From Anthoceros angustus (Eukaryota > Plantae > Anthocerotophyta), in assembly GCA_010909165.1 (NCBI GenBank), contig MU008158.1, positions 1,389,478 to 1,453,477 of the forward strand: DNA of 64,000 nucleotides, written 5' to 3'. A program made the translations under genes and the position numbers. Shown one piece after another: positions 40,257-52,980 of the stretch (positions within the stretch are counted from its first letter, which is position 1; every line of letters starts with the position of its first letter). Below the pieces are notes generated by a model, which ran no database searches, was not told the origin of the DNA, and saw only the letters and a program-made list of their open reading frames with translations.

Positions 40257-43200
40257 AAAGTCGCCTCGTCCTGGGGCCTCGACGCGCCCCCGCTTGATTT
40301 TTTAGGAGGAGGTAGATTCTAGAGAGAATTGACCAAATGTAATTATTTTTACTGAATAAAGTAAAATTTATTACAATAGGGTAGAAAATGCATAAGGTAA
40401 ATATAATTCACCATCAAAGTTGAAACCGGGGTGGTAAGGTAAAAATGGGCCACTAAGTGAAAACCATGTAGATCTAAAGCTCATAATAGAAATCCCACCA
40501 ACATCGTTAACTGGCAGAAACATTTCCCGTTAAATAATATTCATGCGGATCCGGATATACAAACCAACAAAGAACTGTTTTTGCGAGTTTTGAAATGGGA
40601 TGAAATACAAATTAAAATAATGAAGAGTGAATACGAATAGATTGGTCCGTTACTGGATTGATTGATCAACCTACATAAAAAAAGCGTAATAGGCATAAAA
40701 CTAAAAGCATAACAAAATCAATAATAAACCACGATACTTAATGAACATACTTACCTTATTTTGAAAATCAATCGGTATAATTATACATAATGAAAATATA
40801 ACTTTCCGACCACTAGGTTTCTTAACCAAGATAGCCGAGGCGATGAGAGAACGCAGACACACAAACCCCGGAAAAGAAGAACAAGCGAAGGGTTGATAAA
40901 AAAAGTTCGCTCAAATTGATTAGACAACTCAGGTTATGGCACGTACGAACTGGTTGATGGGGTATCTTAGCCTCTAAAGGCACAGCAAAATCCAAGGAAA
41001 TACTGTTACAGGTTGAACTAACTGCAATACACAAAAAAAACAAAGAGTGAAACAGTAACTCTAGAGAGCCATACCATAGACAAACAACAACAACAGAACA
41101 CACGGACATCACAAATGACAGGACAGATAAATAAAAGATATTTCACAATGAACTTTACAACGTGAACAAGACCCTTATAAAAAGAAATTTGAACCTTCAA
41201 ACACCGCAAAAACATTCCGCATCAATAACAGACAGTCGCTAACACAACTCACATCCTACTTGTTGCTCAAGATGCTTAAGGTCCAAAACTTATCAATTTG
41301 AACTTGTAGACAAACACCAAACGGATCACAAATGATTAAACATGCAAACCGTAGTATAGAATCACGCATGACAACGGGTCAGCAAGATCCACACGTACAC
41401 TCAACATGATTATCAAAGACCAAGAAGAAATTGGAAACATAGACACCTAAACTGTAGCATGCAAAAAAGGACTTGAAAGAAAACACAATACAACAGACAA
41501 GCAGGAGCCACACATACACAAACCAAACAAGTTTATGATACCTGACATCAGTAATAAGCGTAAAGAAATTGACCTCAATGGTCCGGGATGATGAGCTTTA
41601 GTCTCCTACCGCAACCATACAAGGTATAAGCGAAAGGTTCATAATACAAGCACATGGGATGACAACGCAACAGAGAGCAAAAGGTAGCTCTACAACGAAA
41701 TCACAATACGCAACAGGTGGCAAAAGCAACTAGACTGACAAACCAAACTTTCAATGTCAAGGCGATTCGTAACGACATAAGATACATTTGCCAAACTTGC
41801 TGTCAAATGGACTTTAATACTACACTTGAAACAATAGAAGCTGTAAGCAAAAGCAACATACAACTAGCAACAAAGATTTCAAAGATGTACAAAGTCCCAA
41901 GACTCAAACACAAAGCTTAAGAGATAAACAAAGAATCGAAAGCACAAAACATATCCATCATCAAAGGAAAAACTCGAACCAAAACGAGTCTCTCGTAAAA
42001 TAGAGAACACTTTTGAGATAGAAGCAAGCTATCGCAAGGCGAAAGCACACTTGGAGAACAGCAACATAGGAAAACACTATGAGCTTTCAAGACAGCCAAA
42101 TACAAGAACAGAGAGGAAACTCAAAACACCAGAAACCAACCACGCATCAATAGTGAAGGTCGCACAAGCATATTGAAAGCACATGAAAACAAACAGTGCG
42201 GGCTCAGAGGCTGGCATTGCGCTAGAAGCGGCGGCCTTTAAGTGCTAGGGACAAATTGCTTTCAAGTCCACCATGCATTTAAGAGTAAACAATGCGCGTG
42301 ACCTTACAGAATAACAAAGAAAGACAATCATGAAAAGCAGAGCAAAATAAAGAGAAAGACCTCGAAAAGAGCACACAGATATGGTAAGAACAAGGAAAAG
42401 AGCAAAACACCATAAGCTCTCAAACACAAGCGGCACAAGCTAGATCGGAGGACCAGACGCATTGCATCCACTCAAGCTCAAGCGCCCTAAACACAAATGA
42501 TCGCTCGAGCACAAATGATCGCGACCCACGAGTAAGACAGTAAACCTCAAAGCGACAACGCAAGAGAGAACCTCGCACAACCAGAAAGTATGATAAGGGA
42601 AAAAGACGTTGTAGGCAGAAGAGAGGGCTTTTATAGCCTATGAAACCCTAACCTCTCTCACCGTCACGACAACCTCTCTACCTGCACTCACTTCAAATTT
42701 ACTAAACCTACGGTCCAAGGCCACCTCCGAACCTACCGCCATCGGATTGGTGAGTGCTTACCGCCAAACCCAACCCTAATTTGAATTCACCTAACCTAAA
42801 TCAACCACCAACACTGGAGCGTGAGCCAAAGCGCAACCAATAATATTGATACACGCAAAATCGATGGAAGCCTCTCGAATAGTCTACCTTCTCTTACTTA
42901 AGTCCTCCTGTCAGTCTTTTCCCAAGTGACTCGCTGCATCGCCCACCTTCGCCGGCGCCGCGCGATCGCCATGGTTTTGGTTTTGTGGGGTGTTGCTCGT
43001 TAGGGGTTGGTGGAACAGATGCCGCACCCTAGTTCCGCCTCGCCTCGAACGCTACCGGACGAAACCACCGGTAAGTAGTTTGTCTTCACTTCATTTCATG
43101 CCGCTTAAGGTCTTCGAGTGCAAGCAATTCACAATCGCAGGTATGTTAGAGCTCACGAATCAAGATTTGGTCCTTTTCTAGGGTGGGTCTTGCATCGTAA

Positions 43201-45654
43201 TCGTGCTCGTGTTTCTTTACGCTATACTCATCCATCGATGTCTCCGGCGCTTTACAGTGCGGCCAAGAGACGTCAAGGCACCCCACCATTTTGAATCAGG
43301 CGTAAGTTTCGCTCCTTGTTGCCTCGCCACGCTGGTCGCTGGTTTAGGCTTCTCTTGTAGTTTGGCGCCCTTCTCTCAATTTTAAACGCTCGCAGCCTAG
43401 GCCGAATGAAAAGGGTCTTTCCATCGCATCCCCTCGCCAACATTTGTACGCATCACTCACCCGATGTTATGTTATGCGTAGAAGAGACGCTTAGAAAGCA
43501 CCCCACCCACGCGTAAGTTGCTTGCTTGTAAGTTTCTTTCTTGCTCTTGTTGGCCCGATCTTCCTACGCTGGTGCTGGTTAAGGCTTGCTTGTGTAGTGT
43601 GTTTAGGCTTGTTTGTAGTGTGGCTTCTACAATCTTGACAGATTAGAAAAGAAACCTATGACCACCACCGCTTCCGGAAAATAGTAGCCTGTGGTGTAGA
43701 GAGGGGATCCAGTTAGGATGCCGCCACCGCGATTGCCAAGCCAAGAACTCGCACTAGCCGCAGGAGCATTACCTCCACTGGCCGGGCGAGGTCCACAAAT
43801 TTGATGGCACTCAAATCAAGCCAAGGACGCCAAGACGCCTCAAATGTTGTTGGAGCTTAAGTCCGTAACTTGAAGGCCCCGAGATGCGTAATCGAGTAAG
43901 AGATTGTTCACATCGACGAATCTAAATTGATTGTTTGGTTCGCAAATGGAAGACAGGAGAAGTGGGTCCGGGAGGAGATGGGTACCGTGAAGGAGGTGAT
44001 GGCAGAATCGCCAGCCGAAAGTTCCGCCACATCGAGACCGCACCGAAAGTGAAGTGAAGTCTACGCCCGTAGCGTGACGGACCCCGTAAGCTTGTTGTTT
44101 TCCAAGACGAGCTCGCAGCCCGCCACAGTGGCAATCGAAGTCGTGGATGGCTCCCGCGATTGTTGTTTTCAGCCGCAACCGCAAGAACGGGCGCCAGGAA
44201 AGAGAAGGTGATAGCGCCGCTAAGCGCATTGTTGGACAAATCGACGAGTTGAGTTCACCGCCGCCGTCGAATCGCAGCATGGCCCCCGCGTGAGTTTGTT
44301 GCCGCTCGTAATGATAAAGTTTGTGGATCACGATGTCGAGGGAATGGGACCGGAGCCGGTTGTTGCAAAGTTGAGTCCGTGGAGAATCGGGCCGCCCGAG
44401 CCGATCGATGGGGCCTCGTGGAACCGATTCTCATGCGTCAAGGTAGTAGAGCGTAGGGATTGCGTAAACGCCTTTGGGAATCGCCTCGCCAATGCATTCA
44501 CCGAGGCGTTGATGAAGACCCCGCCGATTGCGTACCGGGTGAGGTGGTTGTCGTATGTCAATGAATTGGGTGTTGTAGATCTGAACACCCATGCAGTGAC
44601 GCGACATGGGAGTATGTCTTCGATGAAGCCATGCCCTTCCTTCCATAACCAAGAAGCTCGAAAGAAAACGAGCCCGGCTAAGTGTCTTTACTTTGACTAA
44701 CTTGAAACGGCATTGTATATAGGTCACTTGAAAGACACAAAGAAGGGACCAAAGAGTCCACCAAAGTGTAACAACTCCATCGCCAAGGTACCATAGCATC
44801 CAAGTGTTATCTTTTCTCCTTAGGTGGCCTGTCAAACAGTTCGTGGTCGAGGTTTGGTTTACAAGGCGGTTCGCTAGCTTTCGCCATTGTTTAAAACCTT
44901 TGCGCTTACATTCTTAAAGTAGTTTTTATCCTCACATCCATAAGTTTAAAGTCGCCAAGATGCCCAGACGATGTCGAAATCTAACAACAAGTTATCGACG
45001 CGCTTTCTATGTACGGCTCAAGGCCCCCGAAAGAGCCCGCCGATAATCGCTTGCGCTTCTAGACTGCTCAAAACGCATGTTTTTCATCAGAGAAAGTGAC
45101 ACCAAAGATGTAGCAGCGCAAAACATTACAGCTTAACAACCGACGATGTAAGGCAACGCAGATTTACAAGTTTTCTTGCATCAAGGTTGCAAAGCTTTCC
45201 AACGCTTGTAGGTTTCAGAGCCAAAAGGAGTTATTCGCACTCTTTGAGGTTAGTGCATGAAATGAAAATGAATTTGAATTCTAATTTAAGACATGTTTCG
45301 CTCCGTAAATATTCTCGTATGGATGAAATTCGGATAATTTTTCCATCCACTGGAAGATAATTAGAAAGTTGTAGTAAATAGTTAAGAGTATCCAAAGAAT
45401 TGTGAAAATCATATGACGTTAAAACCAAGCATATAGAAATGTAAAGGTGCTTTCATCGAGAAAGAGGAAAAGAATTATAAGCCGGTGCTCCAAGCAACAA
45501 CTCTAAGATTAACAGACCCCTGGCCCCGCCTCATAAGAGAAGGCGCTGCCTCGGCCGCGCCCCCTACGCCTGTGGAACGGACGCCGGGCGACGGCTAGAA
45601 CGTCTCGCCTTAACGCCTCGACCGCTGCCGGTGATGCCCTCCGCCCGGGCTCCC
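40257..45654 (-). mobile_element. Non-autonomous ~5.4-kb element, copy B (inverted relative to A)
   Basis: Reverse complement aligns end to end with 11190-16535. Interrupts gag. Confidence 0.88.
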
Positions 45655-46329
45655 TAATACGCAGGATTCGCCGCCAAAGGACCGAATGGCCCATAGTGCC
45701 GTGAGCTCCAAAACGCCGACAAGTGTGTTTAAGATGTGGGCCGCGACAAGGCGATGAGTGTGAGCATCGGGTTACGGGTCAAAAGAAAAGAAGCTTGCAT
45801 GTGGTAAAACCGCACACTAAGTCGCCGGTCGGCAAGCCCATCCCGAGCTCAAGCCCAAGGGCCTAGGAGATCGAATACAGACAAGCAAAACGGTGTGAGT
45901 TACACGGCACCGTCAGTGAGGTACGGCCGCAAGAGCATGGCCATGAGCGTAAGCATAAAGAAGGGACGTCGCGCAAAACATATGATTCGGACGAAGATGT
46001 GTTTGCGTTGATGACGGAAGGGTCAAGTCAGGTCAAAAGGGGGAGCATTGATTTCGGCAAGGATGTGAAAGTGAAGACTGGTTGGGGTAGGAACCAGTTG
46101 AGAATGCCCAAATCCTTCGTGCATTCAGAGGAGGTAGCTCAATGCGTAAATTTAGAAAAAGCCATGGATGCACCCTTGGTAAGTTTGCGTGACCTGGGAA
46201 TTCGGACAACCGCTCACAAGCAATGCGGGCATGGATTAAGAAGGAAGCCATTGAGTTGAACATGGTTTGCTTGTCACCACGTGGTGATCATCTAAAACCA
46301 GCAGCCAGGGGGAAAGGTGGCATAGCGTT

Positions 46330-46700
46330 GGTGAAGAACCAAGAACGAGAGGTCACTGTCAATGGCTTTGCACCGGAGTGTGTGCTAGTAGACACTGGTG
46401 CAGATCCAGTGCTGCTTGGGGCACGGGTGCAAGAGGCGCTCCAACTGTATGGAGACAAGTTGAAGCCATGTGAGGTACGGATCACCACATCTGCAGGTAC
46501 CAAAGAACAGGTGATGGGGATGACTCGCGATCCGATGCGGATAGAGTATAAGCCGGGAACAGCAGACGCATGTGTGGTGGAAGTGCACTGTCTGGTTTCA
46601 GATGCACGAAATTATGATGTGTTGTTAGGAGCGGATGCCACGCATGGACCAGAATGGGGTGGATCCCGCACTGCGGGCATTCTATAGGCCAAGATGGCGG
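46330..46700 (+). pseudogene. Retropepsin aspartic protease domain
   Basis: VLVDTGADPVLLG and YDVLLG motifs in ORF 46223-46687. Confidence 0.9.
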
Positions 46701-47029
46701 ATGGAGATTTCACATGTTGCCGTAATTCCTCCGGACATGAGGAGGCATGGTGAAAGATCAAGAAGTATGTCGGCATTCACACGGCAGGAGTGTTCACCGA
46801 GGGAGGTGTGGGAAGAGAAGACTGCACGACACGAGGTGTCGAAGAAAGCACCACATCGAATGATGTATGAGTCAGACACCACCCGTGAAGGAAGCTTTGG
46901 AAAGAGAGCGATTCGCAGAAGATGCAAGTATGGCGATAATCACCGAATTGTCCGGAAAGAAGCCCAAGCGAGCATCATAGGAATCTGGGTTACAAATCGA
47001 ACCAAGTGATTCAATGGCGTGCATGAACA

Positions 47030-47860
47030 GGCATCCATCTCATGGAGTTGTGTTCAGAATTAGTAGTGGTGGAGTGTGTTTCGATGTGGATTCGGTACGG
47101 TATACATGTGTAGAAATTGATGAGAAGACTCGCGGGCCAAATCCGTGGATTATCGCTACAAAAATGCATCCGAGCTTGCGAGTGTGGAAGCTAAGAGGGT
47201 GCTGCACTCCCCACGATGTGATGTTGGTGGAAAAGCACAACGCAATGAGATGCCCGCTTGACATGGTGATTGCAGGATGGGAGTGCAAGACCTTCCAAGG
47301 TCGACGTGGTGGCAAGGCGCGATCGCGGGAAGTAACATGAGAGAAGTGCAATGCAATCCGCATGTTGGTACTTCGGAGAATGTTTGAGCTTTTGACAAAC
47401 GGGACATGTGAGAGAAAGTTATGAAAAGGTCGTCGGCCGAGAGGAGTTCATCACGCGGCAAACAGTGGTCATACGCTCATCGCTCCGCAGCTTGGATTTA
47501 ACATTGAGTGTGGAAACACTCAGCAAAGATCGGGTTTAACCACACCAAGCGGAACCTGGATGGGATCCTTGAGGAGGGCAAAGCGATCGCAACAGTGATG
47601 ATGGATAGCCACACTATCCTCACAATATTGTGGGAGAGCCCAGAGAGCTTGGCCCACATCGTCAAGATTACCATATGCCTTTCGCCGAGGTGGTGCTGCA
47701 TGGTATTGAACATGAATGGTGAGGAGATGGGGAACCCACGATTGTAGAGCGAACGAGCGATGGGTTTTGACGATGGCGCACCTATACGCGAGGTGTGTCA
47801 AGCTGATGCAAACCGACAAGCATTTGACCGACTGGTAAATGGTTGGTGAGTGGAATAGCC
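47030..47860 (+). pseudogene. C5-cytosine DNA methyltransferase domain within pol
   Basis: Motifs in canonical order: YTCVEIDE (II), PHDVML (III), DMVIAGWECK (IV, 47260-47289), ENV (VI, 47376-47384), SYAHR...W (VIII), ERAMGF (IX). Confidence 0.8.
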
Positions 47861-48079
47861 ACACACGAATGCAAGTCGATAGAAAGGAAGGTCGCATGAT
47901 GATGGGTGACGGGAAGAGTTTACCGTCAGACAAGTACCCAAATGCCGCAAATAGTGCGAAGTGTGGAAAGCACGAGTGGGCATTCAACTCATGTATGGCA
48001 AATATGTGAGGACTTGAATAGCGAGGATCAAGCGGTGATCCGGAGATGCCGGAGAAGAATCGGGTACCTTCGCTCACCG

Positions 48080-49280
48080 GCAAGAGTCGGGGAGCGCATC
48101 AAGTTCAAAATCATCACTACTACCAACGAGCCGGTTTTCAAGACGGCATGTTGAGCCCAGCAGAGGGACATTGTGGATAAACGGGAACTTGCCGCACTGG
48201 ATTAATTCGGAAATCAAGTTCACAAGATGTAAGGCCACGGTCCTTCCGCTAAAGAAAGATGAAAACGGCGAATGGAAGGACAAAGTGATGTGGAGATTAT
48301 CGACGAATGAGGTAACGCCTATGGAGCGATATCCCATGCCTACCCCGATGAAATCTTTTGACGCGATTGGCAAGCCAAGTTTTACGACGCTTGACTGCTC
48401 TTTCAATCAAATCATCATTGAGAAGAAGACAAGTGCAAAACGGCTCGGGGCAAAGAACAGTGGGAATGGGAGACGATGCCTTTTGGGCTGAAAACGCCCA
48501 TCTACTTCGGGTGACTTGGAGTTGCAAGGATTACCATTCGTGAGGTGTTACATTGATGACATTTTGGTGTTAGCTGAGGAACACATTCAACACCTCAAAC
48601 GTTGCCGGCAGAGACCGCCCGCCTGGGTCAAGGCACATCCAAAGAAGTGTAAGTTTGCTTACAAGGAGATAGAATACTGGGTCACAAGATTGTGCCAGAG
48701 GCGGCCGCCGCAACAGCAAAGGTGCAGTCACAATCTTATGCCAAGACCAAGGGACGCCGCTGAGAGCATTCTTGGGACTCGCCAACTATTATCGCCGATT
48801 CATCAAACATGAGCAAGACTTGCAAGGTATTGTATGATCCGATGAAGAAGGGCAAGCGGGGAGAAACATGAACATGCTTGGCGAGTTAAAGGATCAATAA
48901 AGGCCCATGCTCAAACGGCTCGATTTTGAAAACCATTCACTCAGATACCGATCGAGTGCAATCGAATCGGAGTCAGCTTGCACAGTGTGGATCTGAAGGA
49001 AAAGAAAGAGTGATTGCGTATGCGAGTAGGTCGAACAACTCCGCTGAAGCCAATTACTCATCGATGAGGGTGAATGTTTGGTGGTGGCGCTTCTACATTT
49101 AATTTATTTGTTCGGCAGAGCTTCCAACTCGTGATCGATCACCACGCTGTAATCGTTAATGACGAACATGAAGTTGAGTGGCAAGCTCGCAAGGTGGGCG
49201 CCGCCGCGATGATATGCATATAGTGCATCGGGCAGCAAAAGTACATCACAATGCGATGGACTTAGCAGAACCCGACTGAT
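48080..49280 (+). pseudogene. Ty3/gypsy reverse transcriptase and RNase H, frameshifted
   Basis: RYPMPTP, FTTLD, MPFGLK, CYIDDILV, HPKKCKFAYKEIEY, KERVIAYASRSNNSAEANYSS, GKLARWA. Confidence 0.93.
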
Positions 49281-49529
49281 GACAAAGATGGACGGTGCGG
49301 TGATTTTGATCATGCTACATGCCAAGCATGTATATGGCACTCATGGCCACAATCGTGAAGGAAGAAAACAACTCAATGAGGGAGGACGAGACATATGGAA
49401 GTATGGGCATATCTACTATTGAAGGAAGGACTAAGTTGGACAGATGTCAGCCGCCATTCAAAAGTACGACGGAAAAGGTCATGAGGTATACATGGAGGGA
49501 TGGTGTTGTTAGTGATGATCATGGAGTGT

Positions 49530-50450
49530 AAAATGGTCCCTCCCATAGAGGAACGGAACAGAGTAAAGTGCACAAGACACTTGGGCACGTGTAAAAGGAC
49601 GCATCATATGTCAAGAGTGCCTATTTTTGGTCCGAATGTATTCCGCTGTCGAGCGAGTGGTGTGATGTGCTTGTGATGCAAAGCAAGGTTCAACAGCCGT
49701 GATGTGGTGTTGCATTCGCGCCTATTCGGGATTGTTCTCGATGGTCCGCTGACCTCATGCCGAGCTACCATTGACCAAGCAAGGCAACAAGCATTGTATG
49801 CTCATGATAGAACACTTCTCCAAGTGGGTGGAATTGGCATTCCTTCCACGAACTTCACGCCCACACGGCTTACAAGGTGTGTTTTGCAGCATGGAAGTGC
49901 AGGTGCCGATGATCAAGGAAACGAATTCGAGGTGAGAGTTCCAAGCGTTGTTAGATCGGAGTTTGATAGATCATAGACGCACATCCGGATCATCCTCGCG
50001 ATGGTTTAGCGAAAGGTGCAAACTTTCAAGGATGCTTCGCAAGTACGCAGGTCGAGCCTAATTGTTGGGATGAGTTGTTACGTATGTTGCCTGGGCTACG
50101 TAATCGCAGGCTGTGCAGGCAACTTCACTTATTATATCATGTTTGTGAATGTTGTGCTACCCAACATAGTGGCGGACACGTATTCCAAACCAAAGGATTG
50201 GACACAAGATGTGAATGAGTGCTCGTAGTTACGAAACCGCCAAGTTGTTACAACGAGTGATACCCATGGCAATGGACAATCCGCCATCGCACAACAGAGA
50301 TCACCGAGGTATGCATTCACACGAGGAGGATCATGGAAGCCAAAGGCCGAAAGTTCGGTGATTTGTATCTTCAACATCGCCCTTCCGCACTTTGGAGCAC
50401 ACGGACGGTTAATTTTGAGAGTGGTGAACGCTTGGTGAGCAAGGGTCATC
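49530..50450 (+). pseudogene. DDE integrase (HHCC zinc finger plus rve core), frameshifted
   Basis: VPPIEER..H..LGH, YFW, RWSADL, MIEHFSKWVEL, DQGNEF, DHRRTS, DGLAER. Confidence 0.88.
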
Positions 50451-50549
50451 GAGTTGGAAGGGGCAAGATGGGCGATGCAAGGAACATATGCATCCGCCCC
50501 TGCCACTTGCCGAATCTTGACACGCCATACAACCACAAGCATGGAAGCC

Positions 50550-50685
50550 ACCGTTGACCGCGAACACCGTGGTCAAATCACCGATCCCGAATCGATGCTG
50601 TGTGAAGTGCAACCAAGGACATCATGTCTTTTGTCTTCGACCGCTGAAAGCGATCCAAGGAGAATGGTTTTGTCACAAAATGCAC
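50550..50685 (+). pseudogene. PHD finger at the pol C-terminus
   Basis: MLC..CNQGHHVFCL.PL.AI.GEWFC..C pattern. Confidence 0.8.
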
Positions 50686-51359
50686 GATGGAAAAGTTAGG
50701 GCGAAAGGAAGTCTAATGAAACACGACTCAGTGTGGGTGGGCGAAGACAATAAGAAGGGAAGGTCCTATAAAACCCGATTTGCCTTATCGATACACGGGT
50801 TATGTGAGGCGTGCGATGGCAAGCGAGAGCGATCAAAGGTGTAAACAAGGATTAAGGAACAAGGAGGATTCTGGGGGAATTCAGCGATTTCTTGGAGAAG
50901 GTCGAATCTCGGAGAAATACATGTGTGAGTGCATCTCAGAGGCGGTGCGAGGAAGGTGCAGTGAGTTGTCACAGGCATGTGGGGAGAGAAAGAACCGTGT
51001 GGGGGCGGAAGCGAAAGGCTCGATTCGCCAAAGAGCGATTTGTTGCTGAAGGAAGGCGACGATGGAACATCGTAGCCGAAGCACAACGATCCAAATTGTT
51101 GTCGTTGTAGGTTGTAGATGGGGATAGGCAGCTCAAGTGAGAAGTGAGAAGGGTGATCACGTAAGAAGGGGTGAAGAACAGATGCTAGGTGGTCATGGCA
51201 TCAAGCATCCGGTATGAGCACGAGCGGAGGGTGCATGGTATGTTTGAGAAACGCAAGCGCAAAGGATGACGACTCTGTGTGAGACCAAGTGAATTCAACA
51301 TTTCAACTGTAGTGCTTGTGTTGATTAACGCAAGACTCGCTTTGGTAAAGGCCGCTTGA

Positions 51360-52060
51360 AAACATAGGTAGTCTTCCAGAATCAATCTCATATGGTTGTT
51401 TGACCAACACTAACAACACCCGCTTTCCAAATTGAGAGCATCAAAGAGGTTCCCATTGGGATCAACACAGGTGGTTGACATGGATATGGAAGCGGACCAC
51501 ACTTGCAAGTCATGCTTCCGGAGAATGAGCACAAGTGTTCCAATTTCAGACAGCCATGGGAAGACAAATGGAAAACGCCTTTGGTAAGGAAGTATCAGCC
51601 TGGCAAGCCCGAACGACCCGAGACATTTCGAGTTGCAAGCATTTTTGCATGTAGAATCACATCATGAGGGCTGCAACATTGAGAGTTTTCCTTATGATCA
51701 TAGAGATCTTTTGAGTCGGAAGGGGCATGAACAGCAAAGCTCGTATGGACCGCTTATTGTGAAGGGGCATTTCAAATCGGAACATCATCCGCTCATGCAT
51801 CGTGTTTGATCATTGGCCCACCCAAGGGTTCTGTATGCACAAAGAGAAGCCACCGACGGCGAAGTCCGAAAGTGTGGTTAAGTCATGCATAGGGAGAAAG
51901 CGGGCGTTTGCCATTGGTTACCCGCGAGCTTTTTATAGGTGTTTGCTTGCTTACATGGAGTGTTGGAATGGGATGAGGCCACTTTGGAATCTTGGTATCG
52001 CTCAACGACAATGTGGGGAGTTTCTTAGGGCTCGTATCGAAAAACAATATTATGTGAATG
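51360..52060 (+). pseudogene. Extra ORF after pol; candidate HUH/Rep-like endonuclease
   Basis: YGCLTNTNN (51391-51417), GYGSGPHLQVML (51482-51517) and a KY..GK about 30 codons later resemble Rep motifs I, II and III in order and spacing. They need frameshifts to join. Confidence 0.35.
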
Positions 52061-52347
52061 GTTGAATGGGCCCGCCGCGAGTGAAGACCGAATGGAGATA
52101 GTGATGAAGAAGAGGAGAGCTCATGGCCCGCCATCGAGCCAAGGAGCGGTGCGGTTGGGCAAAGCGCAGTGGATGAATATTTTGACCCAGAAGATCGCGC
52201 GGTGGCGGCTGGGAAGAATGGAGCATGATAAACCGTCGAACCACCCGAGACGGCATGTTGGAGGTTTTATCGGCGATTTATGGCATATGAGTGCCAAAGT
52301 GGTGCTTCACAACGCACCGCTTTTCGAGCAGCCCCGACTTTGGGGGC

Positions 52348-52980
52348 CATTTGTACGCAGGTGGTACATGTGACTCATGTGGTTGTGGGTGTGATTCACA
52401 AGTCTGAGAAAGTGGTTGAATCTTTTGATGGCATAACATGTGTATCCATGTCGCTATGCGGCCGTGGCGCCACCGCTGGGCGGCACAGAGGTAGGGATAG
52501 CGGTGTAGGACCGGGTGTGATAACGGTGTGTCCTAAGTGTGTGGGATAAGTGGTGTAGGCATGATCGCATGCATATGGAAATGTGATGGCGTGAGTGTAG
52601 AGATAGGATGGCATCATGGCCGCATGAGCCATACGCTAGAATACTGGACAAGCCAATTAAGGCTCGGCGAAGATCTCGGCGTGTGATCACGGCCCTTCTA
52701 ATTCGGGCCTGATTAAGATCGGTAGGCTAAAAAGTCGCAATCCGTCATTGAGCGGATTGTTGATGTCTCGATTCAAGAGAATGCATGCATCCCAAGCGTT
52801 TTGGCACTGTGTGTGCGATCCACCGTGGTGTGTGCATAGAGGAGAGCCGCCCAAATGGAGTGATTTTTGCCATTTGTACGCGTTGGTACGGATGTAGTGA
52901 ACCATGTGGTTGTGGGTGTGATTCACGAAGTCCTTAGAAAAGTGGTTGAATCTTTTGATGGCATAACATGTGTATCCATG
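52348..52980 (+). repeat. 3' terminal B1-A2-B2 repeat block
   Basis: B (~105-135 bp, ATTTGTAC...GGCATAACATGTGTATCCATG) lies on both sides of an ~380-bp A copy. Confidence 0.88.

Noticed and set aside
11190-45654. A and B as giant TIRs of one 34-kb element (Polinton- or virus-like)
   Set aside because: Each copy interrupts a different host sequence that resumes on its other side, and no polB, capsid or ATPase genes lie between them.
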